Shown here in pieces: positions 11,810-21,967 of a DNA stretch of 64,000 bases. The notes under the pieces were generated by a model that worked only from the letters and a program-made list of their open reading frames with translations, had not been told where the DNA came from and made no database searches. The translations under genes and the position numbers were made by a program. Position 1 is the stretch's first letter. Every line of letters begins with the position of its first letter. This stretch comes from an uncultured delta proteobacterium (GTDB lineage Bacteria; Myxococcota; Myxococcia; Myxococcales; Anaeromyxobacteraceae). The stretch spans positions 64,001-128,000 of the forward strand of contig CAWHDZ010000025.1 in NCBI GenBank assembly GCA_963828255.1. The letters run 5' to 3'.

Positions 11810-13528
11810 CTACAGCTCGTCCGTGCCTTCGATGTCGGCGTCGAGCAGCTTCGCCGCTTCCTGGATGTTGGGGTGGGCGCGCGCCTCGTCCCTCACCTTC
11901 GCCACCCGGGTCTCGCGCTCGGCCCGCTCCACCGAGGCGATGGATGCCACCGGCCCCGCCGCCTCCGGGGTTGCCGGGGCCGCCGGACCGACCTCGATGG
12001 CGAGCTTCACCGGGCGATCCAGGAAGGAGGAGAAGACCTTCTCGACCTGGGCCCGCTTGCGCTCCACCAGGTCGGGGTAGCGGGTCCCGGCGGGGAATCG
12101 GATGCGCACCTCGGGAGAGCCGAGGGCGACGAGCGTGGCCTGCTTCAGTGCGGAGCCCAGCATGGGGCTGTCGGCCTCGACCGCCGCGACGGCGGACCGC
12201 CATTCCACGGCGGTCGGCGCGACAGCGCCGGCCGCAAGAGCGTCTACCGGAGCCACCACCGCCGCTGTCATCGGAGCCGACACCGGAGCCGACACCGGAG
12301 CCGACACCGGAGCCGCCGCCTTCGCCACCGCGACCACCGCCGCAGGCGCCACCGCCGCCGCCGCCCTCGGAACCGCCGCCGCCGCCACCGCCCTCCCCCC
12401 CGCGATGGCCTCCGCACGGGCCAGCAACTCCCCCACGTCCGCCCCCGGAGCCAGCACCGCGCCCTTGAGCAGCGCCACCTCGAGCGCGTACCGCGGCTGG
12501 TCGGCCAGCTTCACCTCCAGGACCGCCCTCTGCGCGATGTCGAAGAGCCGCGCCAGCTGGGCCGGCTCGGCCTCCGCCGCCACGGCCTGGACGTCCCGAA
12601 GCTCCGCCTCGGGCAGGTCGAGCGGGACCCCCGGCGCGAGCCGGGCCACCGTGGCGTCGCGCAGGAAGCGGACCAGTTCCTCGGCCACGCGCCGCATCTC
12701 CAGGCCGCGCTCGTACAGCGCGGCCACCTCGGCGAGCAGCCCCGCGCCGTCGCGCCGGACGAGCCCCGCCGCCATCCGCGAGACCGCCGCCGCGTCCACG
12801 ACCCCGAGCGCCTCGGCCACCGCGTCGTCGCCCGGCTCGTCGCCGCAGGCAGCCCGCACCCGGTCGAGGAGCGAGAGCGCGTCGCGCATGCCCCCCTCGG
12901 CGGCCCGGGCCACGAGCGCCAGCGAGGCCCCGGAGAGCTTCATCCCCTCGGCGGCGGCCACCTTGCCGAGCTGGTCCACGATCTGGCGCAGGTCGAGCCG
13001 CCGGAAGTCGAAGCGCTGGCAGCGGGAGACGATGGTCTCCGGCACCTTGTGTACGTCGGTGGTGGCCAGCACGAAGATCACGTGCGGCGGCGGCTCCTCC
13101 AGGGTCTTCAGCAATGCATTGAAGGCGCCGGTGGAGAGCATGTGGACCTCGTCCACCACGAACACCTTGAACTTGTCGCGGGCGGGCCGGTACTTCACCC
13201 CCTCGACGATGTCGCGGACGTTGTCCACGCCGTTGTTGGAGGCGGCGTCGATCTCGATGACGTCCACCGAGCGCCCCTCGGTGATCTCCACGCAGGCCAC
13301 GCAGACGCCGCAGGGGCTGGCGGTGGGCCCCTTCTCGCAGTTCACCGCCTTGGCGACGAGGCGCGCCGCGGTGGTCTTGCCCACGCCGCGCGGCCCGGTG
13401 AAGAGGAAGGCGTGGGCCAGCCGCCCGGACGCCAGCGCGTTCGAGAGGGTGCGGACCACGTGCTCCTGGCCCGACATCTCCCCGAAGGTCTGGGGCCGGT
13501 ACTTCCGGGCGAGGACGAGGTAGCCCAT
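11810..13528 (-). CDS. dnaX: DNA polymerase III subunit gamma/tau
   Basis: LARKYRPQTF, GPRGVGKTT, EIDAASN, DEVHML, SRCQRF. Confidence 0.97.
   Translation of the reverse strand: MGYLVLARKYRPQTFGEMSGQEHVVRTLSNALASGRLAHAFLFTGPRGVGKTTAARLVAKAVNCEKGPTASPCGVCVACVEITEGRSVDVIEIDAASNNGVDNVRDIVEGVKYRPARDKFKVFVVDEVHMLSTGAFNALLKTLEEPPPHVIFVLATTDVHKVPETIVSRCQRFDFRRLDLRQIVDQLGKVAAAEGMKLSGASLALVARAAEGGMRDALSLLDRVRAACGDEPGDDAVAEALGVVDAAAVSRMAAGLVRRDGAGLLAEVAALYERGLEMRRVAEELVRFLRDATVARLAPGVPLDLPEAELRDVQAVAAEAEPAQLARLFDIAQRAVLEVKLADQPRYALEVALLKGAVLAPGADVGELLARAEAIAGGRAVAAAAVPRAAAAVAPAAVVAVAKAAAPVSAPVSAPVSAPMTAAVVAPVDALAAGAVAPTAVEWRSAVAAVEADSPMLGSALKQATLVALGSPEVRIRFPAGTRYPDLVERKRAQVEKVFSSFLDRPVKLAIEVGPAAPATPEAAGPVASIASVERAERETRVAKVRDEARAHPNIQEAAKLLDADIEGTDEL
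12272..12315 (+). repeat. 12-bp tandem repeat (CGGAGCCGACAC x3 plus partial) in the dnaX linker
   Basis: Directly visible; encodes APVS repeats on the minus strand. Confidence 0.85.
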
Positions 13529-13552
13529 GGTTCACCCCACGAAGAAAACGAC

Positions 13553-13665
13553 AGGAGCCGGCCCACAATCCCCGGGCGCACGGAGGACAGCCTACCGTTG
13601 CTCCCTTCCGGGCCTGGCGGGGTTCGACTGAACCCACGTCGCCCGAGGATTCTGGACCGGCTCCT
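13553..13665 (-). ncRNA. ffs: Signal recognition particle RNA (4.5S, small type)
   Basis: Domain IV motif CCAGGCCCGGAAGGGAGCAACGG inside a long hairpin closed by GGAGCCGG/CCGGCTCC; conserved position upstream of dnaX. Confidence 0.92.
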
Positions 13666-13672
13666 TCTCGAC

Positions 13673-13765
13673 TGGCGGAGAGGGTGGGATTTGAACCCAC
13701 GGTCCACCTTTTGGGCGGACAAACGATTTCCAGTCGTTCACCTTCGGCCGCTCGGTCACCTCTCC
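13673..13765 (-). tRNA. tRNA-Ser(GGA)
   Basis: GGAGAGG acceptor stem, anticodon arm AACGA-CTGGAAA-TCGTT, long variable arm, GGTTCAAATCC, encoded CCA. Confidence 0.95.
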
Positions 13766-13787
13766 AGTTCGATAACTCAATTCGATG

Positions 13788-13875
13788 CGGAGAGCGTGGG
13801 ATTCGAACCCACGGTACCGTTACCGGTACACCTGATTTCGAGTCAGGCGCCTTCGACCAGCTCGGCCAGCTCTCC
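13788..13875 (-). tRNA. tRNA-Ser(CGA)
   Basis: Anticodon arm CCTGA-CTCGAAA-TCAGG, long variable arm, GGTTCGAATCC; CCA not encoded. Confidence 0.95.
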
Positions 13876-14409
13876 GCGGGCGGATCTAACCGATTTCCCC
13901 CCGGAGCCAAGCTCGGAGGATCCGGAATTTTCCCCGAAGCGTCCGGTAGTTGCCCGGCGGGACCGAAAGAAGGCCCGGAGCTGCTCGCCGCACTCCCCGG
14001 CCCGGAGCCCCCGCTCGACCGGGAAGCGGTGGTTCAGGCGCGGGTCGGCGGAGAGGTCCATGAGCGACCCCGCCGCTCCCGCCTTCGGGTCATCCGCCCC
14101 GTAGACCAGCCGGTCCACCCGGGCGAGCACGAGCGCCCCGGCGCACATGGCGCAGGGCTCGAGCGTGACCACCAGGGTGACGCCGGTGAGCCGCCAGCGG
14201 CCGAGCGTGCGCGCCGCGTCCTGGATGGCGAGGAGCTCGGCGTGGGCGCAGGGGTCGCGGTCCTCCTCGCGCCGGTTGCGCCCCCGTCCCACCACCCGCC
14301 CCTCGTGCACGGCCACCGCACCCACCGGGACCTCGCCGGCGGCGGCGGCCTCGGCGGCCAGACCGAGCGCCTCCTGCATGGCGGCGTCGAAGGGGTGGGC
14401 GTCGTTCAC
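13843..14409 (-). CDS. tadA: tRNA adenosine(34) deaminase
   Basis: EVPVGA, HAE, TLEPCAMC; GTG start overlaps the stop of the upstream gene. Confidence 0.92.
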   Translation of the reverse strand: MNDAHPFDAAMQEALGLAAEAAAAGEVPVGAVAVHEGRVVGRGRNRREEDRDPCAHAELLAIQDAARTLGRWRLTGVTLVVTLEPCAMCAGALVLARVDRLVYGADDPKAGAAGSLMDLSADPRLNHRFPVERGLRAGECGEQLRAFFRSRRATTGRFGENSGSSELGSGGKSVRSARGELAELVEGA

Positions 14410-16163
14410 GGGACGTGGACTCCGGCGGCCGGCTCGGGGAGGCGCAGCTCGGGGTGGTCGGCGCAGTCGAGCCCGCAGGCCCGGCAGGTGGAGAGGGCGC
14501 ACTTGGGCGTGATGCGTGCCCCCACGCCGCGCCGGTACTCGCGGGCCAGGAAGGACTTGGTGAGCCCGTGGTCGATGAAGTCCCAGGGGAGCCGCTCGCC
14601 CACCCCGACCTCCCGGGTGACGAAGAACTCCGGGTCGTGGGGCCAGCGGGAGAGCGCCCGCTGCACGCTGCCCCCGGTCTCGAGGAGCGCGGCCTCGAGC
14701 AGGTCGGCGCAGCGCCGGTCGCCGCGGGAGAGGAGCGTCTGGACGTAGGCCTCGCGCGGGGAGAGGAACTCCACCTCGATGCCCTGCGGCCGCAGCCGCT
14801 TCTCCAGCAGGCGGCGCTTGCCGGCCAGGCAGGCGGCGTCGTGCATGGGGGCCCACTGGAACGGGGTCCAGGGCTTGGGGACGAAGGGATTCACGGACAG
14901 TGTGATGCGCCCCATGCGCCCGGTGGCCTTGGCCCTCGGCTTCATGACCTCGTCGCGGATGCGCAGGGCGATGACGGCCATGCCGTCCACGTCCTCGTCG
15001 GTCTCGGTGGGGAGCCCGCACATGAAGTAGAGCTTGACGTGGCGCATCCCCTTCGCGAGCGCGGCCTCGGCCGCCTCGACGATGCGGTCGTCGGAGAAGT
15101 CCTTGTTCACCACCTTGCGCATCCGGTCGGTGCCGGCCTCGGGGGCGATGGTGATGGAGCGCTCGCCGCCCTCGGCCATGCGGCCGGCCAGCTCGGGCGT
15201 GATGGCGTCCACCCGCAGCGACGACGGGCTGAAGGTGCCGCCCTCCTCGCCGATGAAGCAGGTGAGCGGGTCGAGACCGGTGTAGTCGCTGGTGTCGGGG
15301 CCGACGAGCCCGATGCGCAGCCCCTTCTCGATGCCCTTCCGGACCTGGCCGCGCAGCACCTCGAGGTCCACCTCGCGGTAGGGGCGCTGCACGAAGCCGG
15401 CCGCGCAGAAGCGGCAGCCCCACAGGCACCCGCGCGCCACCTCGGTGAGGAAGAGGTCGCCGAACTGGGCGCCGGGGGTGTCGACGACCCGGCTGGTGGG
15501 GACGTTCTTCAAGTCGGGCACGTAGAGCCGCTTCACGATGGGTGAAGCGCCCTCGCGGGGCTCGAAGCGGGTCACCCACTGCCCGCCATGATCACGGGTG
15601 TCCGCGTAGGCCACGTCGTAGAGCGAGGGGACGTAGGCGCCGGGGAGCCGGGAGAGCGCCCGCAGGGAATCGGCCCGCCCGGCCCGCGCCTCCGGCCGGC
15701 GCATGGCGGCCAGGAAGGAGGGCAGGAGTTCCTCCCCCTCCCCCACCAGGAAGAGGTCGAAGAAGGGGGCCAGCGGCTCGGGGTTGATCTGCACGGCGAT
15801 GCCCCCCGCCACGACCAGCGGAAAGCGCTCGTCCCGGTCCCGGGACCGGAGCGGGATCCCCGACCTGCGCAGGACGTCGAGGACGTTCACGTAGTCGTCC
15901 TCGAAGGAGAGGGAGAAGGCCACCACGTCGAAGTCGCGCAGCGGGCGCCCCGACTCGACGGTGCGGGGCTCCACCCCCGGCTCCTCGGGGAGGAAGGCCC
16001 GCTCGCAGAGGACGTCGCTCTCGGCGTTGGCGATGCGGTAGACGGCGTGGAAACCCAGGTTTGCCATTCCCAGGCGCCAGGCGTTCGGGTACACGAGCGC
16101 CACGCCCAGGCGCCCTCCCGGATCCTTGCGGATCGCCCCGCTCTCGCCCCTCGAATGGTCCAT
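14406..16163 (-). CDS. Radical SAM protein (YgiQ/TIGR03960-like, with N-terminal accessory domain)
   Basis: ARGCLWGCRFC, APEAGTDRMRK, KLYFMCGLPTETDED, FVPKPWTPFQW. Confidence 0.85.
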   Translation of the reverse strand: MDHSRGESGAIRKDPGGRLGVALVYPNAWRLGMANLGFHAVYRIANAESDVLCERAFLPEEPGVEPRTVESGRPLRDFDVVAFSLSFEDDYVNVLDVLRRSGIPLRSRDRDERFPLVVAGGIAVQINPEPLAPFFDLFLVGEGEELLPSFLAAMRRPEARAGRADSLRALSRLPGAYVPSLYDVAYADTRDHGGQWVTRFEPREGASPIVKRLYVPDLKNVPTSRVVDTPGAQFGDLFLTEVARGCLWGCRFCAAGFVQRPYREVDLEVLRGQVRKGIEKGLRIGLVGPDTSDYTGLDPLTCFIGEEGGTFSPSSLRVDAITPELAGRMAEGGERSITIAPEAGTDRMRKVVNKDFSDDRIVEAAEAALAKGMRHVKLYFMCGLPTETDEDVDGMAVIALRIRDEVMKPRAKATGRMGRITLSVNPFVPKPWTPFQWAPMHDAACLAGKRRLLEKRLRPQGIEVEFLSPREAYVQTLLSRGDRRCADLLEAALLETGGSVQRALSRWPHDPEFFVTREVGVGERLPWDFIDHGLTKSFLAREYRRGVGARITPKCALSTCRACGLDCADHPELRLPEPAAGVHVP

Positions 16164-16222
16164 CCGCTGCGTTCCTTAACGCCGGTGCTAGAATCCCGCC
16201 TCCTCTCGCCGCACGAAAGCCC

Positions 16223-17095
16223 ATGACCCTCGCACTGCCCCTCGCGCTCTCCCTGCTCCTCTCGGCCCCTCCCGCCCCGCCTCCGGCCGTCGACTGGTCC
16301 CGGATCCCCGAAACCGTGGGGGTCTCGGCGCTCACCCCTCCGCAGAAGGACGTGCTGGCGCGGGTTCTCGCCGACGAGTTCTGCTACTGCGGGTGCCCGC
16401 ACACCCTGCTCGGCTGCCTCAACGAGCACAAGGAGTGCAAGCACGCGCCGCGGATGGCGGCGCTGGCGGCGCGCCTGGCCGGGATGGGGCTCTCCTCCGG
16501 CGAGATCCTGAAGACCCTCACCGAGTACTACGCCTCCTTCGACAAGGCCAAGCGGGCCCGCCTGGAGGTCACCGCGCTGGGCAAGCCGCTCGGCGACCCC
16601 AAGGCCCCCGTCACCCTCCACGAGTTCGCCGACTTCGAGTGCCCCTTCTGCCAGCAGCTGCGCCCCAAGCTCGAGGACTTCGTGAAGCGCTACCCGGGCC
16701 GGGTGAAGCTGGTCTTCCGCCCCTTCCCCATCCCCGGCCACCCCCACGCCGACACGGCCGCCGAGGCCTCCGAGTGGGCCCGCGACCAGGACATCTTCTG
16801 GCCCTTCCACGACGCCATGTTCAACGACCCCAAGGCCCTCGACACCGAGTCGCTGGTGTCGCTGGCCGGCCGGCTCGGCAAGGACGGCGAGTCGCTGCGC
16901 AAGGCGCTCGCCGACCGGAAGTACCGGGAGCGCGTGCAGTCCGGGCTCATCGAGGGGCGGCGGGCCGGGGTCGTGGGCACCCCGACGCTCTTCATCAACG
17001 GCCGCCGTCACGTCATCCCCGACTACTCCGACACGGTGCTCGAGTTCATCCTCGAGGACGAGGAGCAGTGGATGAAGAACGGCTGGAAGGACTAG
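16223..17095 (+). CDS. Secreted DsbA-like thioredoxin-fold protein with Cys-rich N-terminal domain
   Basis: Signal peptide; FADFECPFC; cis-Pro GTPT; N-terminal CYCGC...C...C. Confidence 0.85.
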   Translation: MTLALPLALSLLLSAPPAPPPAVDWSRIPETVGVSALTPPQKDVLARVLADEFCYCGCPHTLLGCLNEHKECKHAPRMAALAARLAGMGLSSGEILKTLTEYYASFDKAKRARLEVTALGKPLGDPKAPVTLHEFADFECPFCQQLRPKLEDFVKRYPGRVKLVFRPFPIPGHPHADTAAEASEWARDQDIFWPFHDAMFNDPKALDTESLVSLAGRLGKDGESLRKALADRKYRERVQSGLIEGRRAGVVGTPTLFINGRRHVIPDYSDTVLEFILEDEEQWMKNGWKD

Positions 17096-17108
17096 CGGGC
17101 CGAAGCCG

Positions 17109-18332
17109 ATGCGCCGCTTCCTGCTCATCGACGCCCACGGCCGGGTGGCCACCCGGGCCGACGACGTCCGGCGCGAGCTGGCCGACCGGGCGGGCACGTT
17201 CGAGCTGCTCCCCTCGGCCCCCGACCTGCTCCTCGCCGTCCGCGTCCCGGCCTTCGGGGGCCCCACCCCGGCGCCGGGCGCCACGCTGGCGGGCGACCTG
17301 GCCGCCTTCCCGCTCGCCGACTTCCTGGGCTTCGTCCACCAGGCCCGCATGACCGGGACCCTCACCGTGCTCGCCGGTGGAGGCACCCGCGCCGTCTCCT
17401 TCCGCGAGGGGCGGGTCAGCGGCTCGGCCTCGGAGGTGCGCGGCGAGCGGTCCGCCGAGGTGGCCGCCCGGCTGGGATTCCCCGGCGAGGGGACGCTGCC
17501 GGTGAACGAGCGCTGGCGGATCGCCCGCGAGCAGGTGACCGCCATCTTCCACGCCGTGCTCACGGCGCGCGAGGGGGTCTTCTACCTGGTCCAGGGGGAG
17601 GACGAGCCGGCCGGCCCGGCCCTCTCCCTCGACACCCAGGCCGTCCTCATGGACGCGGTCCGGCGCATCGACGAGATGGAGCTCTTCCGCGGGCGCATCC
17701 CGGGCGGCGAGGTCTTCCTGCGGCGCCGCGAGCCGCGCGAGCCGGTGGCGCTGGAGCCGGAGGAGGTGCGGCTGCTCGCGCTGGTGGACGGCCGCCGCCG
17801 GGTCCTCGACGTGGCACGGGAGGCCCACCTCTCCGAGTTCGACGCCACCAAGATCCTCTACCGGCTGGCCGAGGCCGGCTACGTCGAGACCACCACCGAG
17901 AGCCCGGGAAGGGCCGCGGCGGCCGACCGGTCGCGCGCGGTGCTGGCCGGCATGAACGAGGTGTTCCGGGAGGTGGTCCGCGCGGTCGGATCCCACGGCT
18001 CCACCGGGCCGATGCTCGGGGACGCCGCCCACTTCCTCGCCGACCCCTCCTCCCGGTTCTACCCGCTCTGGCGCGGCATCGTCCCCGAGCCCGACGGCTC
18101 CCTCGACGAGGACCGGATGCTCGTGGCGCTGGCCGCCCTGGCCGACGCCGAGGCCGGCAAGCTCGACCCGCGCGGCGACCGCCCCCGCATCCTGCTGGCC
18201 GCCCTGCGGGAGCTCATGTTCTTCTTCCTCTTCCAGGCCGGGGAGCGGCTCCCCCGCGACGCCGACGAGGCCATTTCACAGTCCGTGAAGCGACGGCTGG
18301 AGGAGGTGGAGTCGGGAGTGGCCACGCCGTGA
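17109..18332 (+). CDS. DUF4388/PatA-N-like domain protein
   Basis: LAGDLAAFPLADFLGFV...TGTLTV...FREG; LMDAVRRIDE; LLALVDGRR winged-helix-like segment. Confidence 0.7.
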   Translation: MRRFLLIDAHGRVATRADDVRRELADRAGTFELLPSAPDLLLAVRVPAFGGPTPAPGATLAGDLAAFPLADFLGFVHQARMTGTLTVLAGGGTRAVSFREGRVSGSASEVRGERSAEVAARLGFPGEGTLPVNERWRIAREQVTAIFHAVLTAREGVFYLVQGEDEPAGPALSLDTQAVLMDAVRRIDEMELFRGRIPGGEVFLRRREPREPVALEPEEVRLLALVDGRRRVLDVAREAHLSEFDATKILYRLAEAGYVETTTESPGRAAAADRSRAVLAGMNEVFREVVRAVGSHGSTGPMLGDAAHFLADPSSRFYPLWRGIVPEPDGSLDEDRMLVALAALADAEAGKLDPRGDRPRILLAALRELMFFFLFQAGERLPRDADEAISQSVKRRLEEVESGVATP

Positions 18333-19384
18333 CCGGCGCGACCCGGCTCCCCCTCGTCACCGCCGACCTCCCCGGCTCGGGAGGAACCCTGAAGCTGAGC
18401 CCGGAGGACTTCCGGGTGGAGGAGATCCCTGCCTACGCCCCCTGCGGCGAGGGGCCCCACCTGTGGCTCAAGATACAGAAGCGGGGGCGGACCACCCGCG
18501 ACGTGGTGCGGGAGGCGGCGCGGCTGCTCGGGGTGCAGGAGCGCGACGTCGGGGTGGCCGGCCTGAAGGACCGGCACGCGGTGACCGTCCAGTGGCTCTC
18601 CTTCCCGGTGGCGAAGGGGCCCGACCCGGCCTCGCTGGGGGGCGACGGATGGCGCGTGATCTCCGCCTCCCGCCACGGGAACAAGCTGCGCACCGGCCAC
18701 TCGCGCGGCAACCGGTTCGCCATCGTGGTGCGCGGGGGCGACCTCGGCGCCGCCCGGGCCGCCGCCGACGCCGTCGCGGTCCGCGGCCTCCCCAACTTCT
18801 TCGGCTCCCAGCGCTTCGGCGCCGACGGCAAGAACGCCGACCTGGGGCGCGCCATCCTGCGCGGCGACGGCGACCCCGAGGCCCGCCGCGCCTCGCGCGA
18901 CCGGTTCCTGCGCCGGATGGCGCTCTCGGCCTGGCAGTCCCTCCTCTTCAACCGCTGGCTCGCCGAGCGGATGCGGGACGGCCTCTTCGCCCGCGCCATC
19001 CCCGGCGACGCCATGAAGAAGCTCGATTCCGGGGGCGTCTTCGCCTGCGAGGACGCGGCCGCGGACCAGCCCCGGGTGGAGCGGTTCGAGATCTCGCCGG
19101 CCGGTCCCATGTTCGGCCACGCGCTGCGGCCCGCCACCGGCGAGGCGGGGGAGCGGGAGGCGCGGATCCTCGCGGCCGACGGCGTCGCGGTGGCCGACCT
19201 GGCGCGCGGAGGGGGCGAGACCGAGGGGACGCGCCGGGCCGGTCGCATCCCGGTTTCGGTGGAGCTCGCGGAGGTCGAGGGGGGCTACCGGGCCAGCTTC
19301 GACCTGCCGCGCGGCTCCTACGCCACGGTGGTGATGGGAGAGCTCACCCGGTCGGAGGCGGACCTGGAGGAGGCCGGGGAGTGA
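18329..19384 (+). CDS. truD: tRNA pseudouridine(13) synthase
   Basis: [38 protein letters not shown]. Confidence 0.95.
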   Translation: MTGATRLPLVTADLPGSGGTLKLSPEDFRVEEIPAYAPCGEGPHLWLKIQKRGRTTRDVVREAARLLGVQERDVGVAGLKDRHAVTVQWLSFPVAKGPDPASLGGDGWRVISASRHGNKLRTGHSRGNRFAIVVRGGDLGAARAAADAVAVRGLPNFFGSQRFGADGKNADLGRAILRGDGDPEARRASRDRFLRRMALSAWQSLLFNRWLAERMRDGLFARAIPGDAMKKLDSGGVFACEDAAADQPRVERFEISPAGPMFGHALRPATGEAGEREARILAADGVAVADLARGGGETEGTRRAGRIPVSVELAEVEGGYRASFDLPRGSYATVVMGELTRSEADLEEAGE

Positions 19385-19387
19385 AAG

Positions 19388-20322
19388 CTAGAAGGCGATC
19401 GCCAGCACGCCGCCGGTGAGGGCCGCGGCGCCGGCCACCCCGTAGAGGACATTGGCCGCGGTGGCGGAGCTCTGGGCCTTGCTGGCCAGCGCGTCGGCCT
19501 GTGACCGGTCGTTCCCTCCGGCGAGCAGGTCGTTCTGGGCGCTGCGGGCCTGGAGCCCCATCACGACCCCCGCCCCGGCCGCGACCACCGCCACCCCGCC
19601 GGCGATGATGGGACCGAGCCAGCTCTTGCGCTCGACCGGCCTTGGCGCCGGGTCGGGGACGGTGGCCCCGGGAGGGGGCGCCGCCGGATTCACCGTCAGT
19701 ACGGGCGCGGCGGCGGGGCCCTGGCCCGGCTCGAGGACCAGGTTCACCTCGAGTGACTGGAGGGGGAGCAGGACCACCTGGCGCATCGCGCTCCTCCTCC
19801 CCGGCGCCGAGGCGCCGAGCTGGTACGGGCCGGGCGGGTAGGCGGCGTCGAGGGGCGCCTTGCCCACGGAGGCGCCGTCCACCGTGAGGTCGGCGCCGGG
19901 AGGATCGGTGGTGACGTGGAGCATCTGGCGCCCCGTGGCGGCGAGCTTGGCCTCGAGCGCCTTCACGTTCCGTTGCACCGCCTCCCGGTTCGAAGCGGAC
20001 GGGTCGAGCCGGAGGTAGCGGGCGAAGGAGGCGAGCGCGGCGGCCTGGTCGCCGAGCTTCTCCTGGCACTGCCCGATGTTGAACTGGAGGGCCGGGCTGG
20101 GCTTCAGCCGGTCGGCCGCCTCGAACTGGAGAATGGCCTCCCGGTACTTCCCCGCCCTGTAGAGGTCTGCGCCCTTCCGGTATGCGGCCCGGGCCTCGGC
20201 GGCGGGGTCGGCGGACGGGCCGGTGGAAGGGGCGGTGGGCGACGGGGGGACGGATCGGCGCCGGCGCCGGCGCCGGGGAGCGCCAGGAGTGCCGCGAGGA
20301 GGAGGAGGCGGAGGCCCGTCAA
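19388..20322 (-). CDS. TPR plus PEGA domain membrane-anchored protein, frameshifted at the G6 run 20244-20249
   Basis: RBS and TTG 20322 give a signal peptide (LRLLLLAALLALPGAGA). After a one-base shift: TPR (YRKGADLYRAGKYREAILQFEAA...FNIGQCQEKLG), PEGA (TDPPGADLTVDG...GKAPL) and C-terminal TM helices. Confidence 0.75.
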
Positions 20323-20344
20323 TGTCCTTCCCGGAGGGGGACGG

Positions 20345-21898
20345 TCACCGCGCGGTCGGTCCGTACGGGTCGAGGAGGTCGTTCCCGGACGGCACATTCT
20401 CCCCGGTCCCGGCCTTCGAGCCAACCCCGGCGGGGGTGCGGGCCGGCTTCGGGCGCGACGGCCGGGGCGGGGGCGGCTCCGCCGCCGAGGCGGAGGGCGG
20501 GGGGTCGTGCGGCGCCGGGGAGGGCTCCGGAACGGCCTCCGGCGGGGTCTGGGCGGTGGGGGTCTGGGCGGCCGGCTCGACCCGGGGAGGCGCGGCGGGG
20601 CCATCGCCGCCCCCGCGCACGGCCAGGGCCGCAACCACCCCGGAGAGGAGCGCCAGGAAGAGGAGCCCGAGGACCGCGGCGAGCGCGAACTGCGACCGCC
20701 GGCGGGAGACGACCTCGACCTCGGAGCGGGTGTCCCGCCTCACCCGGGTGGACTGGCGGGAGGGGACCGGCTCCGGGAGCGGGGGCGCGAAGTCACGCAG
20801 CGGGAGGGTGTCGCCGAGGGGCAGCGTCTCACCGCGGGAGCTGGAGCGGGGCGCCCTGCGGTCCACGACCTTGTCCGGGGCCCGTTCATCGGTCCGGTCG
20901 GTGGCCCGTCCGGTGAGGAGCGGGGAGACCGACGTGCCGAAGATGGGGGAGCGCAGCATCTCGATGTCGGCGGCGGCCAGCCGGGAGAGCTCGGCCGACA
21001 GCTCCTCCATCGACTGCTGCCTCCCCTCCGGACGCTTCACGAGGGCCCGCAGGACGATCTGCTCGACCTCCGGGGGCAGCTCGGGGCGCAGCCTTCGAGG
21101 CGGCACAGGGGCGTCGCTCTGGTGCTTCATGAGCGTCGCGAGCGGCGTGTCCCCGTCGAAGGGGAGCCGTCCGGTGAGGGTCTCGTAGGCCAGCACCCCG
21201 AAGGCGTAGACGTCGGAGCGCTGGTCGATGACGTTGGAGGAGGCCTGCTCGGGCGACATGTACTCGGGCGTGCCGATGATCGATCCGGCCTTGGTGAGCC
21301 GCTTGGAATCGGGCGTGCCCGGCCCCTTGGCGATCCCGAAGTCGAGCACCTTCACGAAGTCGGCGCCGTCGTTCCGGCGCAGGATGAAGACGTTCTCCGG
21401 CTTCAGGTCGCGGTGGACGATGCCCCGCTCGTGGGCGGCGCCGAGCGCCCGGCAGATCTGCAGGAAGATGGGGACCGCCCGCGCCACCGGCATCGGCCCG
21501 TCCCGGTGGAGGATGCGGGCCAGGCTCTCCCCGTCGAGGGCCTCCATGACGAAGTAGGCCTCCCCTTCCGGGGTATGCCCGAAGTCGAAGACCTCGACGA
21601 TGTTCTCCTGGCCGATCTGGCTCGCCGCCCTGGCCTCGTGCTGGAAGCGGTCGAGCAGTTCGGCGTCCCGGGAGTACTCCGGCCGCAGCACCTTCACCGC
21701 CATCCGCTTGCCCAGCGTCACGTGCTCGGCGAGGTAGATGCTTCCCATCCCGCCCTGTCCCAGGCGGGACAGGATCCGGTAGCGGTCGCCAAGGATCCGG
21801 CCCACCAGGTCGTGGGTTGGCGCGAGGAGGGTGCCGTCCACCGGGCAGACGGTGACGCCTTCCTCGCTCTTGGTCCGGCATGTGGGGCAAACAGGCAT
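20345..21898 (-). CDS. Hanks-type Ser/Thr protein kinase with TM segment
   Basis: LGQGGMG, AVKVL, HRDLKPEN, DFG, GTPEYMSPE; N-terminal Cys knuckle; TM near residue 400. Confidence 0.95.
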   Translation of the reverse strand: MPVCPTCRTKSEEGVTVCPVDGTLLAPTHDLVGRILGDRYRILSRLGQGGMGSIYLAEHVTLGKRMAVKVLRPEYSRDAELLDRFQHEARAASQIGQENIVEVFDFGHTPEGEAYFVMEALDGESLARILHRDGPMPVARAVPIFLQICRALGAAHERGIVHRDLKPENVFILRRNDGADFVKVLDFGIAKGPGTPDSKRLTKAGSIIGTPEYMSPEQASSNVIDQRSDVYAFGVLAYETLTGRLPFDGDTPLATLMKHQSDAPVPPRRLRPELPPEVEQIVLRALVKRPEGRQQSMEELSAELSRLAAADIEMLRSPIFGTSVSPLLTGRATDRTDERAPDKVVDRRAPRSSSRGETLPLGDTLPLRDFAPPLPEPVPSRQSTRVRRDTRSEVEVVSRRRSQFALAAVLGLLFLALLSGVVAALAVRGGGDGPAAPPRVEPAAQTPTAQTPPEAVPEPSPAPHDPPPSASAAEPPPPRPSRPKPARTPAGVGSKAGTGENVPSGNDLLDPYGPTAR

Positions 21899-21967
21899 AC
21901 GCGGCGGGCGCCGAGATCGGATAAGGTATCACAACCTGCCGGAAGTCCGGGCGAAAGTGGGGAACGG

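Noticed and set aside
11810..13528. Programmed gamma/tau frameshift in dnaX
   Set aside because: No A-AAA-AAG or poly-A slippery site seen; the 12-bp repeat is in frame.
13673..13875. tRNA-anchored integrative element
   Set aside because: No integrase and no duplicated tRNA 3' end seen; both flanks are conserved core genes.
19388..21898. Stop-codon read-through fusing the kinase to the TPR-PEGA ORF (same frame, open after TGA 20345)
   Set aside because: The intervening codons are atypical in that frame, while another frame has an RBS, a TTG start and a signal peptide. A homopolymer indel is the simpler explanation.
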